DNA of 49,783 nt from Bacteroidales bacterium (GCA_035403245.1 DAONEU010000002.1:1642-51424), one strand, 5' to 3'; shown: positions 10,340 to 19,919, numbered from the stretch's first letter. Program-made: numbers and translations. Notes: generated by a model not told the origin, from the sequence alone.

Positions 10340-10594
10340 CTATTTTCTATTTTCTTGAATATATTCAGCCATTGTTTTGATAGAAGTGAAAATAACCTTA
10401 CCTTTATTAGGGTCATCCAATTTTATTCCATAATTTTTTTCCATTAAAACAATTAATTCTAATGCATCAATAGAATCTAATCCTAATCCGTCTCCGAATA
10501 AAGGTGCATTTTCATCGATATCTTCCGGAGTCATCCCTTCCAGATTCAATACTTCAATAATTTGTTCTTTTAGTTCTAAAATTAAATTTTCCAT
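10340..10594 (-). CDS. Acyl carrier protein
   Basis: 84 aa and acidic, with the phosphopantetheine site GLDSIDALEL. Confidence 0.9.
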   Translation of the reverse strand: MENLILELKEQIIEVLNLEGMTPEDIDENAPLFGDGLGLDSIDALELIVLMEKNYGIKLDDPNKGKVIFTSIKTMAEYIQENRK

Positions 10595-10613
10595 TGTTCA
10601 ATTTTTTAATATT

Positions 10614-11156
10614 TTAATATTTAAGTATAAATTCAGCTTTATAATGATCACCTAAATAATCCAGATACCCCGATAATTGTGGATTTATGGTTGTATCTTG
10701 AAAAAAGTGATTAGGCGTTTTTAAAAATTCATCTTTTTGATAAGGAGGAATAATAAACATACTATTGTTTCCATGAATTCCAAACCGAATGGCAATCTCT
10801 CCAATCACGATGTTGGGTAAAGTGTAAACAAACACTGATGGACTAGGGAAATAGCTCTCTTTATCCCTGATTGTTTTTTGATATTCTATATCGCTATCCA
10901 AAGAGGAACTGCTACATGCCAGGTAGATATTCATGAATTCCAAATTCTCTTTTGGCATCTCTTTTAATAAAAATTCTGCTGCCAAAAAGCCCAATTTAGA
11001 TAGATGATCCATTTTGAAAAATTTCAAATAGTTCAATTCCAAAAACTTATAAATCTCTTTCAGAAAAAGATTTGCATCTGTTTTATTGGTGCTCTCAAAA
11101 AGAACTACACCATCTTTCATTACTTTATAATCTGAAATCAAAACTCGCGAAATCAT
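10614..11156 (-). CDS. Short KS N-terminal-like protein of unknown role
   Basis: 180 aa. PSPSVFVYTLPNIVIGEIAIRFGIHG resembles the region preceding the KS active site, but there is no Cys-His-His triad. ATGA overlap with the upstream KS. Confidence 0.4.
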   Translation of the reverse strand: MISRVLISDYKVMKDGVVLFESTNKTDANLFLKEIYKFLELNYLKFFKMDHLSKLGFLAAEFLLKEMPKENLEFMNIYLACSSSSLDSDIEYQKTIRDKESYFPSPSVFVYTLPNIVIGEIAIRFGIHGNNSMFIIPPYQKDEFLKTPNHFFQDTTINPQLSGYLDYLGDHYKAEFILKY

Positions 11157-12325
11157 ACTATCTCTCCTTTCTTTAGGACAAGAGCAGCATTACAACCACC
11201 AAAACCGGAAGCTGTCTTGATACAATAGGGTTTTGAATCTTTAATCAACGTTTTGGGAATAGTAAGCGGGATGCTGACCCCTAGGTCGTCAAATCCCATT
11301 GAGGGAAGAATAATTTCATTTTCTAAAGATCTTGCGGATAGAATGGTTTCAATTATTCCTGCGGCCCCTAGTGTATGTCCAAAATTTGCCTTAAAACTGT
11401 TTACAGGAACTTCAGCTAAATTGAATCGATCAAAAGCGATTGCTTCCATTTCATCATTGTAAGGAGTAGCAGTTCCATGCGCATTGATAAATGAGATCTT
11501 ATCTTTGGGGATATCTTCACAAGATTGCATAAGCGCTCTGTATAATCCTTCCCCTGTTCGGGATGGTCCCGAAATATGATTGGCATCATTGGTAACACTT
11601 CCTGAAAAAATTGAAATGTGATCTTCTTGATTTTTAGCCAAAACTACAGCACCTGCACCTTCCCCAATATTTAATCCGGTTCTGTTAAGATCAAATGGTT
11701 TACATATATCAGGTGATAAAGCTTTAAATGATTGAAATCCGGATACTACAAAAGGAGAAATACAATCAGCCCCGCAAATAATGACATGTTTAAAAGGTGT
11801 GCTTTTTAATATTTCTGCACCTTTAATTATCGCCTGAGTTCCTGAAATACAAGCATTTGAAATTGTAATGGCCTGGTTTGGATTTTTGAAGTATTGTGTA
11901 ATCAATTCAACCGATTTCCAGATGTAGAGTCTTTCAAATTGATCAGGAGACAGATTTTGTTTTTCTAATAGATCAATATTTCCTTTGGTTGAAGAAAAAA
12001 CAAAGAGGGTTTCAGGATCAGCAGGATCCAGACCAATTTTCTGGGAAGCATTTTGTATGACATAAATCATTAATTGTTCAAAAAAAGTAAATGATTTAAG
12101 ATCATTTAGTTGATGGTTGTTCTCAATTAAATGATTAAATTTTTCTTTATCAATACATGAAAGCATCGCTGTAGGCTCACTCAACGTGAAATTTTCTAAA
12201 GATTTACTCCCGGAACGCATGTTCATGATAGCAGACAATACTTCATCGGTATCAAATCCAAGGCTATTAACGATGGCATCTGATATGATGTTGATTGTAT
12301 TGTTTTTTACCGAAAGTCTATTCAT
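11153..12325 (-). CDS. Beta-ketoacyl-ACP synthase
   Basis: SNACISGTQAI, NAHGTATPYND, FGHTLGAAG, GFGGCNA. Confidence 0.85.
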   Translation of the reverse strand: MNRLSVKNNTINIISDAIVNSLGFDTDEVLSAIMNMRSGSKSLENFTLSEPTAMLSCIDKEKFNHLIENNHQLNDLKSFTFFEQLMIYVIQNASQKIGLDPADPETLFVFSSTKGNIDLLEKQNLSPDQFERLYIWKSVELITQYFKNPNQAITISNACISGTQAIIKGAEILKSTPFKHVIICGADCISPFVVSGFQSFKALSPDICKPFDLNRTGLNIGEGAGAVVLAKNQEDHISIFSGSVTNDANHISGPSRTGEGLYRALMQSCEDIPKDKISFINAHGTATPYNDEMEAIAFDRFNLAEVPVNSFKANFGHTLGAAGIIETILSARSLENEIILPSMGFDDLGVSIPLTIPKTLIKDSKPYCIKTASGFGGCNAALVLKKGEIV

Positions 12326-12742
12326 CTATTGTATCATTTTTTTCTTCCATTCTAAATAAAATGGGGGAGGGTATAACACGAGTTGATAATTTTGATCTAA
12401 AAATGCCTGAACACTTTTACCGGTTGTAGCTAATTTTTGAGTAGTAAGATTGAAAATTTCATATTCAAAAATGATTTTGGCTGCAGGAGTGTCAACAAAT
12501 TTTCCCATAATTTTAACGGCATCTCCATATCTGATAACAGATTTATACTGAAAATCTAAAGAAACTAAAGGGGTAAAGAAACCGTTATCGAACATAAACA
12601 GATAGCTAAGACCATACTGATCACCAAAAGCTTCCCGGGCATCCTCAAAATATTTAGAATAAGCACCATGCCACACAACACCCATGGAATCAACTTCACT
12701 GAACCGGATCTTAATCTCTTTTTCTATTTTTAAATCTATCAT
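12326..12742 (-). CDS. 4HBT/YbgC-type acyl-CoA (acyl-ACP) thioesterase
   Basis: 138 aa. The IRFSEVDSMGVVWHGAY start is typical of hotdog thioesterases. Confidence 0.75.
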   Translation of the reverse strand: MIDLKIEKEIKIRFSEVDSMGVVWHGAYSKYFEDAREAFGDQYGLSYLFMFDNGFFTPLVSLDFQYKSVIRYGDAVKIMGKFVDTPAAKIIFEYEIFNLTTQKLATTGKSVQAFLDQNYQLVLYPPPFYLEWKKKMIQ

Positions 12743-12745
12743 TTT

Positions 12746-13192
12746 CTATTCTTGTAAAGCAATTTTTAACTCTCCCTCAGCAACTCTTTTTCCACAAACT
12801 TCTACAGTTGCATCCGCAATTTTCATACTACCAAACTCAGTTTTTATCGCAATTGTAGTGATCAATTGATCCCCAATTTGCACTTTGTCAAAAATACGCA
12901 AATTTTTGACAGCTCCGATAAATCCTACCTGAATCTTTTTATTTAAAATATATTTATTGTAAAACCCGATGTGAACAGCACAGGTTTGCGCAATATTTTC
13001 AATGATTCCGCTTTCTGATAAGCATCCATCTTTGACCAATAATGTGGTCTCTTTTATCTGAAATTGGGTGATACAGCTTAACTCCGGAATTTTAAAACTT
13101 ACTATTTGATCCACAAAAACAAATGGTTGCTGTTGGGGTAACAGCTCCAGTACATTGATTTCTGCAAAGTTCCATTGATGAGTGTCCGGCAT
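12746..13192 (-). CDS. Hotdog-fold dehydratase-like protein
   Basis: 148 aa with the size and position typical of aryl-polyene cluster dehydratases. No clear HFP motif, so the call is weaker. Confidence 0.5.
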   Translation of the reverse strand: MPDTHQWNFAEINVLELLPQQQPFVFVDQIVSFKIPELSCITQFQIKETTLLVKDGCLSESGIIENIAQTCAVHIGFYNKYILNKKIQVGFIGAVKNLRIFDKVQIGDQLITTIAIKTEFGSMKIADATVEVCGKRVAEGELKIALQE

Positions 13193-13195
13193 ATC

Positions 13196-14560
13196 TTATG
13201 AGTTTAAAGTTTCATATTTTAAATATTCCCAAAGCGGACCTCTACGATGTTTCTCCCTTAAGCGATCCACAATCGGATTTTTCTCTGCATCCGGGTATAT
13301 CCATCTGTTTTTGCAATGTTTTGTTTTCTCTTTTAAAGAGTTTATATCTATCTTGTCTGAAATATAATAAGTTGGCTGCAAGATAGATCCTTCAGAAATC
13401 TTGTTTTCCTGAAGCGCTACTTCATAGAGTTTTGTGTTTGGATATATTCTCATCCCAATAAAAGGAAAAATGATCGTATTTTCCAATTGTTCCGAATTGC
13501 GAATCGTCTCTTCAAAAGTTTCATTCGTCTCACCAACCCCACCAATAATCAAGAAATGACTGTGAAAAACACCCACCTCATTGCAAATTTGCGTGGCATG
13601 TTTTACCTCTTCAAAAGTGAATGATTTTTGATAATTTTTTAATTGTTGATTGCTAAACGAATCAGTGCCAAATTCAATATGGGTTAACCCCGCTTTTTTA
13701 TATAATTCAATTCTTTCTTTCTTGAAATTTCTAGGAGCAAAATAGGCACCCCATTTGATTCGAACATTGTTTTCAATAATTCTATGTGCCAATTCATCAT
13801 TGTATTCTTCACAAATATTAAAAACTGAATCGGTGAAAAACAGGTAGTTGTTTTTGTCAAACTGTACCAATTCTTTCAAGTTTTCTACGATCAGTTGCGT
13901 ATCCAAAGTGCGAACCTCACGACCATCTACAATGGGATACGTGCAATAAATACAATGAAATGGACAACCTCTTTTTGTTTGGATGTTGAGCATTCCCCCT
14001 TCATTCAAGTAAAATTTGGCTAAATCAGCATCAAATCTTACATTCAAATTGCTCGCAAAATGAGTCCTTTTTGTAAAATGACATGCTCCATGAACATCTT
14101 TATACATCAACCCTTCAATATTATCAATAGAAGTTTTGTTTTTAATAGATAATATCAATTCGCAAATTGTTTTTTCACCCTCACCGGGGATCACATAATC
14201 AACTTGTAACTCATCAAGAAGAACTTCAGGAAAAATGGAGATACAAGGTCCTCCGGCAACGAGTGGTGCCTTACTTTCCTGACGAATAACAGCACAAATA
14301 TTTTTATAGTGTTGAATGAAACTCTCTTTGGCGTAGTAATTGACATCATCGCTGTTTCTTAGAGAAAGTCCAATAAGATCAAAACTATTTGATTTTAAAT
14401 ATTGTTCCAGATCTGTATAGGATCCGAAATTGAAATCATACAATGAAACTTCCCAATCTGCGTAATGGTCGTTGATAAACGTTTTTAAATAGCTAACCCC
14501 TAAAGGATACACTTTATAGGGAACGGCGTAAGTATTTGCAGATATTAAGAGTATTTTCAT
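13196..14560 (-). CDS. B12-binding domain / radical SAM protein
   Basis: MKILLISANTY...LIGLSLR...LVAGGP (B12-binding-like domain), then KRGCPFHCIYC (CX3CX2C). The track start at 14566 is TTG; ATG at 14560 is preferred. Confidence 0.85.
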   Translation of the reverse strand: MKILLISANTYAVPYKVYPLGVSYLKTFINDHYADWEVSLYDFNFGSYTDLEQYLKSNSFDLIGLSLRNSDDVNYYAKESFIQHYKNICAVIRQESKAPLVAGGPCISIFPEVLLDELQVDYVIPGEGEKTICELILSIKNKTSIDNIEGLMYKDVHGACHFTKRTHFASNLNVRFDADLAKFYLNEGGMLNIQTKRGCPFHCIYCTYPIVDGREVRTLDTQLIVENLKELVQFDKNNYLFFTDSVFNICEEYNDELAHRIIENNVRIKWGAYFAPRNFKKERIELYKKAGLTHIEFGTDSFSNQQLKNYQKSFTFEEVKHATQICNEVGVFHSHFLIIGGVGETNETFEETIRNSEQLENTIIFPFIGMRIYPNTKLYEVALQENKISEGSILQPTYYISDKIDINSLKEKTKHCKNRWIYPDAEKNPIVDRLREKHRRGPLWEYLKYETLNS

Positions 14561-14569
14561 ATTCAAATT

Positions 14570-15463
14570 TTAACCTTGTTCATTCCAAAACGGATAGAAA
14601 TTGTACCATTGATTAGGGTGTTTTTGCACTAATGTTTCCAGATGTTTTACGTATTGTTGTCCTAATAATTTTGCTTTTATTGGATTAGATTGATTTTCCT
14701 CGATGAAGTTAATTGGATTAACGATCACTTTAAAGTTTTTATAGGATTCTTTAACTACAAAAATGGCCACAATTGGAACATTTAAGGTAGCAGCAATTTG
14801 GAAAACACCAAGTGGAAAGTTAGCCTTATGTCCTAAAAAATCTACAGTGAAATGTTTCATATTCCCTAAGATCCGATCGGCGGGCATACTAACAATATCT
14901 CCATTCATAAGGGCACTATTGATATCAAAGATATAGGATCCGGTTTCATCTAAAATAATGGGATCAATATTTTTATCTTTAAAGATGGTGTTTCTCAACT
15001 CTTTAAAAACTTCAGCTTCCCCACCGAAGAGGATGGGTCGCAAAGTTTTGTCAATTTTACCCATAGAGTAGCTCAACAATTCAAAATTACCTACATGGGC
15101 GCTCACGATAAGGAATCCTTTTTCCTGATTCAATAATTGTTGAAATGCCGTTTCATTCTCGATGGAAAAGTTGAATTTATTTTTTGGGTTTCCCAGAAGG
15201 GCAAAACGATCCAGAAACACTTGTCCAAAATTATAATAGACTTGAAACAGAAACTTTCTGAGATGTTTAGGTTTGATTCCGATACAGTTTAAGGCATACC
15301 ATTTGGTAACGCGAACTCCTTTTTTATCAAAGATTAGATAAAAAGGGATCACCAAATAGAGAATAAGATAAATCAATCTTAAACTGCCATATTTAAAATA
15401 AAAGAGTACTGATTTTTGACCAAAAGTACCCCCTTGAGTTTTACCGGACCATTTCCTTTCCAT
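14570..15463 (-). CDS. LpxL/HtrB-family lysophospholipid (lauroyl-type) acyltransferase
   Basis: N-terminal TM segment. SAHVGNFELL matches the Hx4E motif of the lipid A late acyltransferase family. Confidence 0.75.
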   Translation of the reverse strand: MERKWSGKTQGGTFGQKSVLFYFKYGSLRLIYLILYLVIPFYLIFDKKGVRVTKWYALNCIGIKPKHLRKFLFQVYYNFGQVFLDRFALLGNPKNKFNFSIENETAFQQLLNQEKGFLIVSAHVGNFELLSYSMGKIDKTLRPILFGGEAEVFKELRNTIFKDKNIDPIILDETGSYIFDINSALMNGDIVSMPADRILGNMKHFTVDFLGHKANFPLGVFQIAATLNVPIVAIFVVKESYKNFKVIVNPINFIEENQSNPIKAKLLGQQYVKHLETLVQKHPNQWYNFYPFWNEQG

Positions 15464-15478
15464 AATGGAAGGTTTTAA

Positions 15479-15721
15479 CTAGTTAACTTTAGTCATGATA
15501 TAATTATAAAAATCACCTAAAGTTTTCACTTCAGCCATCTCTTCCGGTTTGATTTTAAAACCGAATTCTCTTTCCACAATAACAACAACATCTACGAAAT
15601 CAAGGCTATCAATACCCAGATCCTCTTTCAGTTTTGCTTCTTCAGTCAGGACATTCTCTTCAACTTCAATTTCTTCGATTAAAAAATTATTGGTAATTTT
15701 AATCACTTCACTTCTTTCCAT
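15479..15721 (-). CDS. Acyl carrier protein
   Basis: 80 aa, with GIDSLDFVDVV. Confidence 0.9.
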   Translation of the reverse strand: MERSEVIKITNNFLIEEIEVEENVLTEEAKLKEDLGIDSLDFVDVVVIVEREFGFKIKPEEMAEVKTLGDFYNYIMTKVN

Positions 15722-15748
15722 AATCTTTTTCCTATTTTTTATTTATTA

Positions 15749-16969
15749 TTAAATTTTACTAATTACTAATGCACTGTTGGTTCCACCAAACCCGAAGGAG
15801 TTGGATAACACATTGTTAATCGGTTTGTCAATCCTTTTGTTGGTGACAAAAATCCCTTCGCTAAACTCATCCGGTTCTTCGAAGTTGATATTGGGAGCAA
15901 TAAAATTATGGTGCATCATGAGGATAGAATAAACGATTTCACTGGCACCTGCCATCCAACATTCGTGACCGGTCATTGATTTTGTAGAGCTGACAGGCAC
16001 ACTTTTACCGAAAATTTTAGCAATAGCCATCGCTTCAAATCCATCACCCATTGGGGTAGAAGTAGCATGAGCATTGACATAATCGATATCTTCAATTTTT
16101 AATTGACTATCATTCAAAGCCATCATCATAGCGCGATAGGAACCTTCATTGGTGGGTTGCGAGATGTGGGCTCCATTAGAAGAAAAACCATATCCTTTCA
16201 CTTCAGCCAGGATGGTAGCACCTCTTGCTATAGCATGTTCGTACTCTTCCAAAACCAATGATGCTGCACCTCCACTTGGCACCAAACCATCTCTGTTTTT
16301 ATCAAACGGTCTGGAAGCTTTTGTAGGGTCATCGACTCTCACAGAAAAAGCGCTAAGTGCGTCAAAGCTGCCCATGGAGTAAGCATTTACTTCTTGAGCG
16401 CCACCACAAAGTACCATAGTTTGTAATCCACTCTTAATGAAGTGATATCCAAGCCCAATAGCATGTGATCCACTCGCACAAGCTGCACTGATGGTAATAT
16501 TGATCCCTTTTAGTTTAAAAATCGTGGATAAATTCATTGTAACAGTAGAATTCATTGACTGAAAGATAGCCCCTGATCCTAGAAGCATCGTATCTTTTTT
16601 AAGTTTCATCAACTCATGTGCTTCAATGACTGCTTTTGCAGAACTATCGTTGCCATATAAAATACCGATCTCATTATTTTCTAAATATTCTGCATCAATT
16701 CCGGCTTGTTGGAATGCTTCTTCAGTAGCAACATAAGCAAATATGCCCTCTTCTGCTAAACCGGCTCTTAATCTTCTGTCAATTTGACCTTTAAGATTGG
16801 GAACCTCTAAAATTCCTGTTAAAGGGGAGCGATACCCCATTTCGGTTCTTAATGGGTCAATACCAATTCCTGATTTTCCGTTGTATAATGATTCTTTTAC
16901 TTCCTCTTTATTTTTCCCGATACAAGAATAGATCCCCATTCCTGTAATGACCACTCTTTTTGTTTCCAT
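15749..16969 (-). CDS. Beta-ketoacyl-ACP synthase (FabB/FabF-like)
   Basis: SAACASGSHAIG, NAHATSTPMGD, TGHECWMAGA, GFGGTNS. The track start at 16981 is TTG; the ATG at 16969 gives METKRVVITGMG. Confidence 0.9.
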   Translation of the reverse strand: METKRVVITGMGIYSCIGKNKEEVKESLYNGKSGIGIDPLRTEMGYRSPLTGILEVPNLKGQIDRRLRAGLAEEGIFAYVATEEAFQQAGIDAEYLENNEIGILYGNDSSAKAVIEAHELMKLKKDTMLLGSGAIFQSMNSTVTMNLSTIFKLKGINITISAACASGSHAIGLGYHFIKSGLQTMVLCGGAQEVNAYSMGSFDALSAFSVRVDDPTKASRPFDKNRDGLVPSGGAASLVLEEYEHAIARGATILAEVKGYGFSSNGAHISQPTNEGSYRAMMMALNDSQLKIEDIDYVNAHATSTPMGDGFEAMAIAKIFGKSVPVSSTKSMTGHECWMAGASEIVYSILMMHHNFIAPNINFEEPDEFSEGIFVTNKRIDKPINNVLSNSFGFGGTNSALVISKI

Positions 16970-16984
16970 TCGTTTTATCAAATT

Positions 16985-17713
16985 TTAAGTGTATAAACCT
17001 CCATTAATTGAAATCACTTCTCCGGTGATGTAAGATGCTTTATCAGACGCCAGAAAAGCAATCGTTTCAGCGACCTCTTCCGCTTTTCCGAAACGACCCA
17101 TAGGGATCATCCCTTTGAGTTGATTTTCGTCCAATTCTGCAGTCATATCAGTTTGGATAAAACCGGGAGCCACCGCATTAACGGTAATTTTGCGAGCTGC
17201 AACCTCTTGAGCTAATGCTTTGGTCGCTCCAATTACCCCTGCTTTTGCCGCACTGTAGTTGGTTTGTCCGGGTAATCCTTTTAAACCGGAAAGCGATACT
17301 ACGTTGATGATTCTGCCGTATCTCTTTGTTAACATAGATTTTAATAATCTTCTGGTAACATAGAAAAAACCGTTCAAATGGGTATTTATGATTTGATTCC
17401 AATCCTCATTTTTCATGAAAATCATCAGGCTATCGCGACGAAAACCGGCGTTATTTACTAGAATTTCAATATAGGAACCTTGGTGTTGTTCTTCCCATTG
17501 CATTAAAGCTTCATCCACTTCATTTTCATTAGAAACATCGAAAGGGAGAAGTTCTCCTGTCCCTCCAAGTTCTTCTACTTGTCTTAATGTTTCTAAAGCA
17601 GCTTCCTGATTGGTCTGGTAATTAATCAACACACAATAACCCATTTTGGCAATGGATATAGCGGTTGCTCGTCCAATTCCGCGAGAAGCTCCTGTTATTA
17701 AAGCATATTTCAT
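16985..17713 (-). CDS. fabG: 3-oxoacyl-ACP reductase (SDR)
   Basis: TGASRGIGRA, NNAG, YSAAKAG motifs; 242 aa. Confidence 0.9.
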   Translation of the reverse strand: MKYALITGASRGIGRATAISIAKMGYCVLINYQTNQEAALETLRQVEELGGTGELLPFDVSNENEVDEALMQWEEQHQGSYIEILVNNAGFRRDSLMIFMKNEDWNQIINTHLNGFFYVTRRLLKSMLTKRYGRIINVVSLSGLKGLPGQTNYSAAKAGVIGATKALAQEVAARKITVNAVAPGFIQTDMTAELDENQLKGMIPMGRFGKAEEVAETIAFLASDKASYITGEVISINGGLYT

Positions 17714-17725
17714 AGTATTCGTATC

Positions 17726-19249
17726 TTAATCAATAGTCATTAAATAGTTTTTCATGCTCAAGATCTCTTCATGTTTGGTTGTATCTTCTACAAAAACGGG
17801 AACGATAGATCTTAATTCTTCATACGTTTTTTTTGTTTTTGAAGACATTTTTGATTTATCTTCTACAAATTCATAAGCTTGTATGATTGCAATAAAGTGT
17901 ATAGCTAATACTTCAAAACTGTTTTCAATAACACGTCTGGTGAAAAGCGCGGTATTGGTTCCCATGCTCACAATATCTTGATTATCATTATTGTTTGGAA
18001 TGCTATGAACATAATTTGGGAAACCTAACGTTTGATTTTCAGCAGTAGTAGAAGTAGCCGTAAATTGCATTGCCTGCATCCCCAGATTCAACCCTAATAC
18101 CCCCAGATTTAAAAATGGAGGGAACTTATCATTAAGTCTGGAATTCAGAAGATAATTCAATTGTCTTTCCATTAACATCGACAATCTAATGATGGCAATT
18201 TTTACTTTATCCATTTCCAATGAGATATAATCTCCATGGAAGTTTCCACCATGATAGACACTTTGGGTTGTATAATCAACAACTGGATTATCATTAGAGG
18301 AGTTTGTTTCATTTAAAATCGTGCTTTCCGCTTGATTTAAGGTGTCAAGAATTGGACCTAATATTTGAGGAACACATCTTAATGAGTAGTATTCTTGTAC
18401 TTTTTCAACCAGAAAATCATCATTAGGAGCATTTTCATAATAGTTTTGGGATCTATAACGAATCATCTGACTATCATGAAGGATCTCCTCCATTTTTTGA
18501 GCAACAATTTGTTGTCCCTGATGTCTTTTTTTATTATTTAAAACCGAAGAATAGTGATCATCACAAGAATTTACAACTTCGTTAGTCATGACAGAAGCTA
18601 ACAATGCCAAATCAAATAGCTTTTTGGCATAAATAAGGTTAACGATGCTAATACCTGTCATAACGGAAGTACCGTTAATTAACGCGAGTCCTTCCCGGAT
18701 ATAAATATCAAGTTTATTGATATTTAATTGATTTAAAACATCTTGAGTAGGTTTAATTTCATTTAGGTATCTTACTTTGCCTTCCCCAATCAAGGCAAGG
18801 GCTAAATGGGCTAATTGTACTAAGTCGCCACTTGCACCTACGCTTCCATGTTGAAAGATTAACGGATAGATATGTTGATTTAGAAAAGTAACGATTTGTT
18901 CTAGCGTAGAAGGATGGACACCGGAGCAGTTTTGAAGGAAACTGTTCAATCTGCAAACCATCGTGGCTCTAACATAAATATCATCTAAGAGTTCTCCTGT
19001 TCCTGTACAATGGCTTCTAATCAAATTATATTGAAGATCTTTAAGTTCATGATCTTTAATTTTATATTGAGCCATAGGGCCAAAACCAGTATTAATTCCA
19101 TAAATCAATCTACTTTTAGAGAATGATTCAAGGAACCTAAAGTTCTGATCTATTTCGTTTAATCGTTCTTTGTCTACTGATATCTCCTCGTTGTCAAATA
19201 TTATTTTTTGGAGATCTGTTAAGTTTAGATAGTTGCCTTTTAATATCAT
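17726..19249 (-). CDS. Aromatic amino acid ammonia-lyase (HAL/PAL/TAL family; tyrosine ammonia-lyase expected from the cluster context)
   Basis: MIO-forming GSVGASGDL (Ala-Ser-Gly encoded at nt 18827-18835), NTGFG, NLIRSH. It is the first gene of the operon. Confidence 0.85.
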   Translation of the reverse strand: MILKGNYLNLTDLQKIIFDNEEISVDKERLNEIDQNFRFLESFSKSRLIYGINTGFGPMAQYKIKDHELKDLQYNLIRSHCTGTGELLDDIYVRATMVCRLNSFLQNCSGVHPSTLEQIVTFLNQHIYPLIFQHGSVGASGDLVQLAHLALALIGEGKVRYLNEIKPTQDVLNQLNINKLDIYIREGLALINGTSVMTGISIVNLIYAKKLFDLALLASVMTNEVVNSCDDHYSSVLNNKKRHQGQQIVAQKMEEILHDSQMIRYRSQNYYENAPNDDFLVEKVQEYYSLRCVPQILGPILDTLNQAESTILNETNSSNDNPVVDYTTQSVYHGGNFHGDYISLEMDKVKIAIIRLSMLMERQLNYLLNSRLNDKFPPFLNLGVLGLNLGMQAMQFTATSTTAENQTLGFPNYVHSIPNNNDNQDIVSMGTNTALFTRRVIENSFEVLAIHFIAIIQAYEFVEDKSKMSSKTKKTYEELRSIVPVFVEDTTKHEEILSMKNYLMTID

Positions 19250-19308
19250 AGTGCGGATGTCGAGATCGAATATTAATTGTACTTATTTCTTTTTATTACA
19301 TTAATTCG

Positions 19309-19316
19309 CAAAAATA
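19309..19316 (-). promoter_or_regulatory. Candidate Bacteroidota -7 box (TATTTTTG) for the pigment operon
   Basis: The reverse complement of caaaaata matches TAnnTTTG, about 60 nt upstream of the ATG at 19249. Confidence 0.4.
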
Positions 19317-19360
19317 TAAATTTTTTTTAAATTTTACGTAATATATGATGTATATATTAT

Positions 19361-19390
19361 AAAAAAAGGGTTTCATTTGAAACCCCCTTT
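19361..19390 (-). terminator. Intrinsic terminator of the OMP gene
   Basis: gggtttc/gaaaccc hairpin (19368-19385) followed by a T-run on the minus strand. Confidence 0.6.
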
Positions 19391-19409
19391 TAAAAATATG
19401 AAAATCTAT

Positions 19410-19919
19410 TTAGAATTTAAACGTAGCACCAACCATAAAATAACCTATTGAGTAACCTGTTTCAGCATAAACGCCAAAATTGTCAGTAAAGTAATATTTT
19501 GCTCCAGCAGCAATACTGCCATATAATCCAAAATAATTATCACTATCATAATTACTGGTTGTTCTATCAATAACAAACCCTGCAGCAGGTCCGGCAAATA
19601 CTTCAAGTTTGTCAAAAAAAGTATAATGAGCTAGAACCCGAACAGCTGGAAGAACCCGAACACCGGAATATGAAACCCAGTAATAAGAAGTGTGAAACAT
19701 ACTAACACCTAAATATCCACCCACACTAAGGGTAAGGCCATCTACATTGAACAAATCGTCAACGATTCCATAAGTACCGCTGACTTCAATAGGAAATCCT
19801 CTGTATCCTAAACCGATTCCTACATTTAATCCAAAATCACCTTTTTCTAAACCTTGAGATTGAACTGATAGATTGAGCATTAAGAATGCTGCTAACAATA
19901 ATAAGTACACTTTTTTCAT
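19410..19919 (-). CDS. Small outer-membrane beta-barrel protein
   Basis: Signal peptide, alternating Gly/aromatic beta-strand pattern, and a C-terminal Phe (GATFKF). Confidence 0.7.
   Translation of the reverse strand: MKKVYLLLLAAFLMLNLSVQSQGLEKGDFGLNVGIGLGYRGFPIEVSGTYGIVDDLFNVDGLTLSVGGYLGVSMFHTSYYWVSYSGVRVLPAVRVLAHYTFFDKLEVFAGPAAGFVIDRTTSNYDSDNYFGLYGSIAAGAKYYFTDNFGVYAETGYSIGYFMVGATFKF

Noticed and set aside
1718-18956. Short ORFs nested in or antisense to the pigment-cluster genes (for example 1718-2011, 3738-4031, 4638-4820, 5996-6178, 7153-7499, 9682-10084, 11253-11598, 12684-12869, 13182-13386, 15549-15752, 16149-16382, 17178-17402, 18759-18956)
   Set aside because: Each lies wholly inside or across a longer ORF that has strong family motifs. 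Their compositions are typical of out-of-frame or antisense translation of A+T-rich coding DNA.
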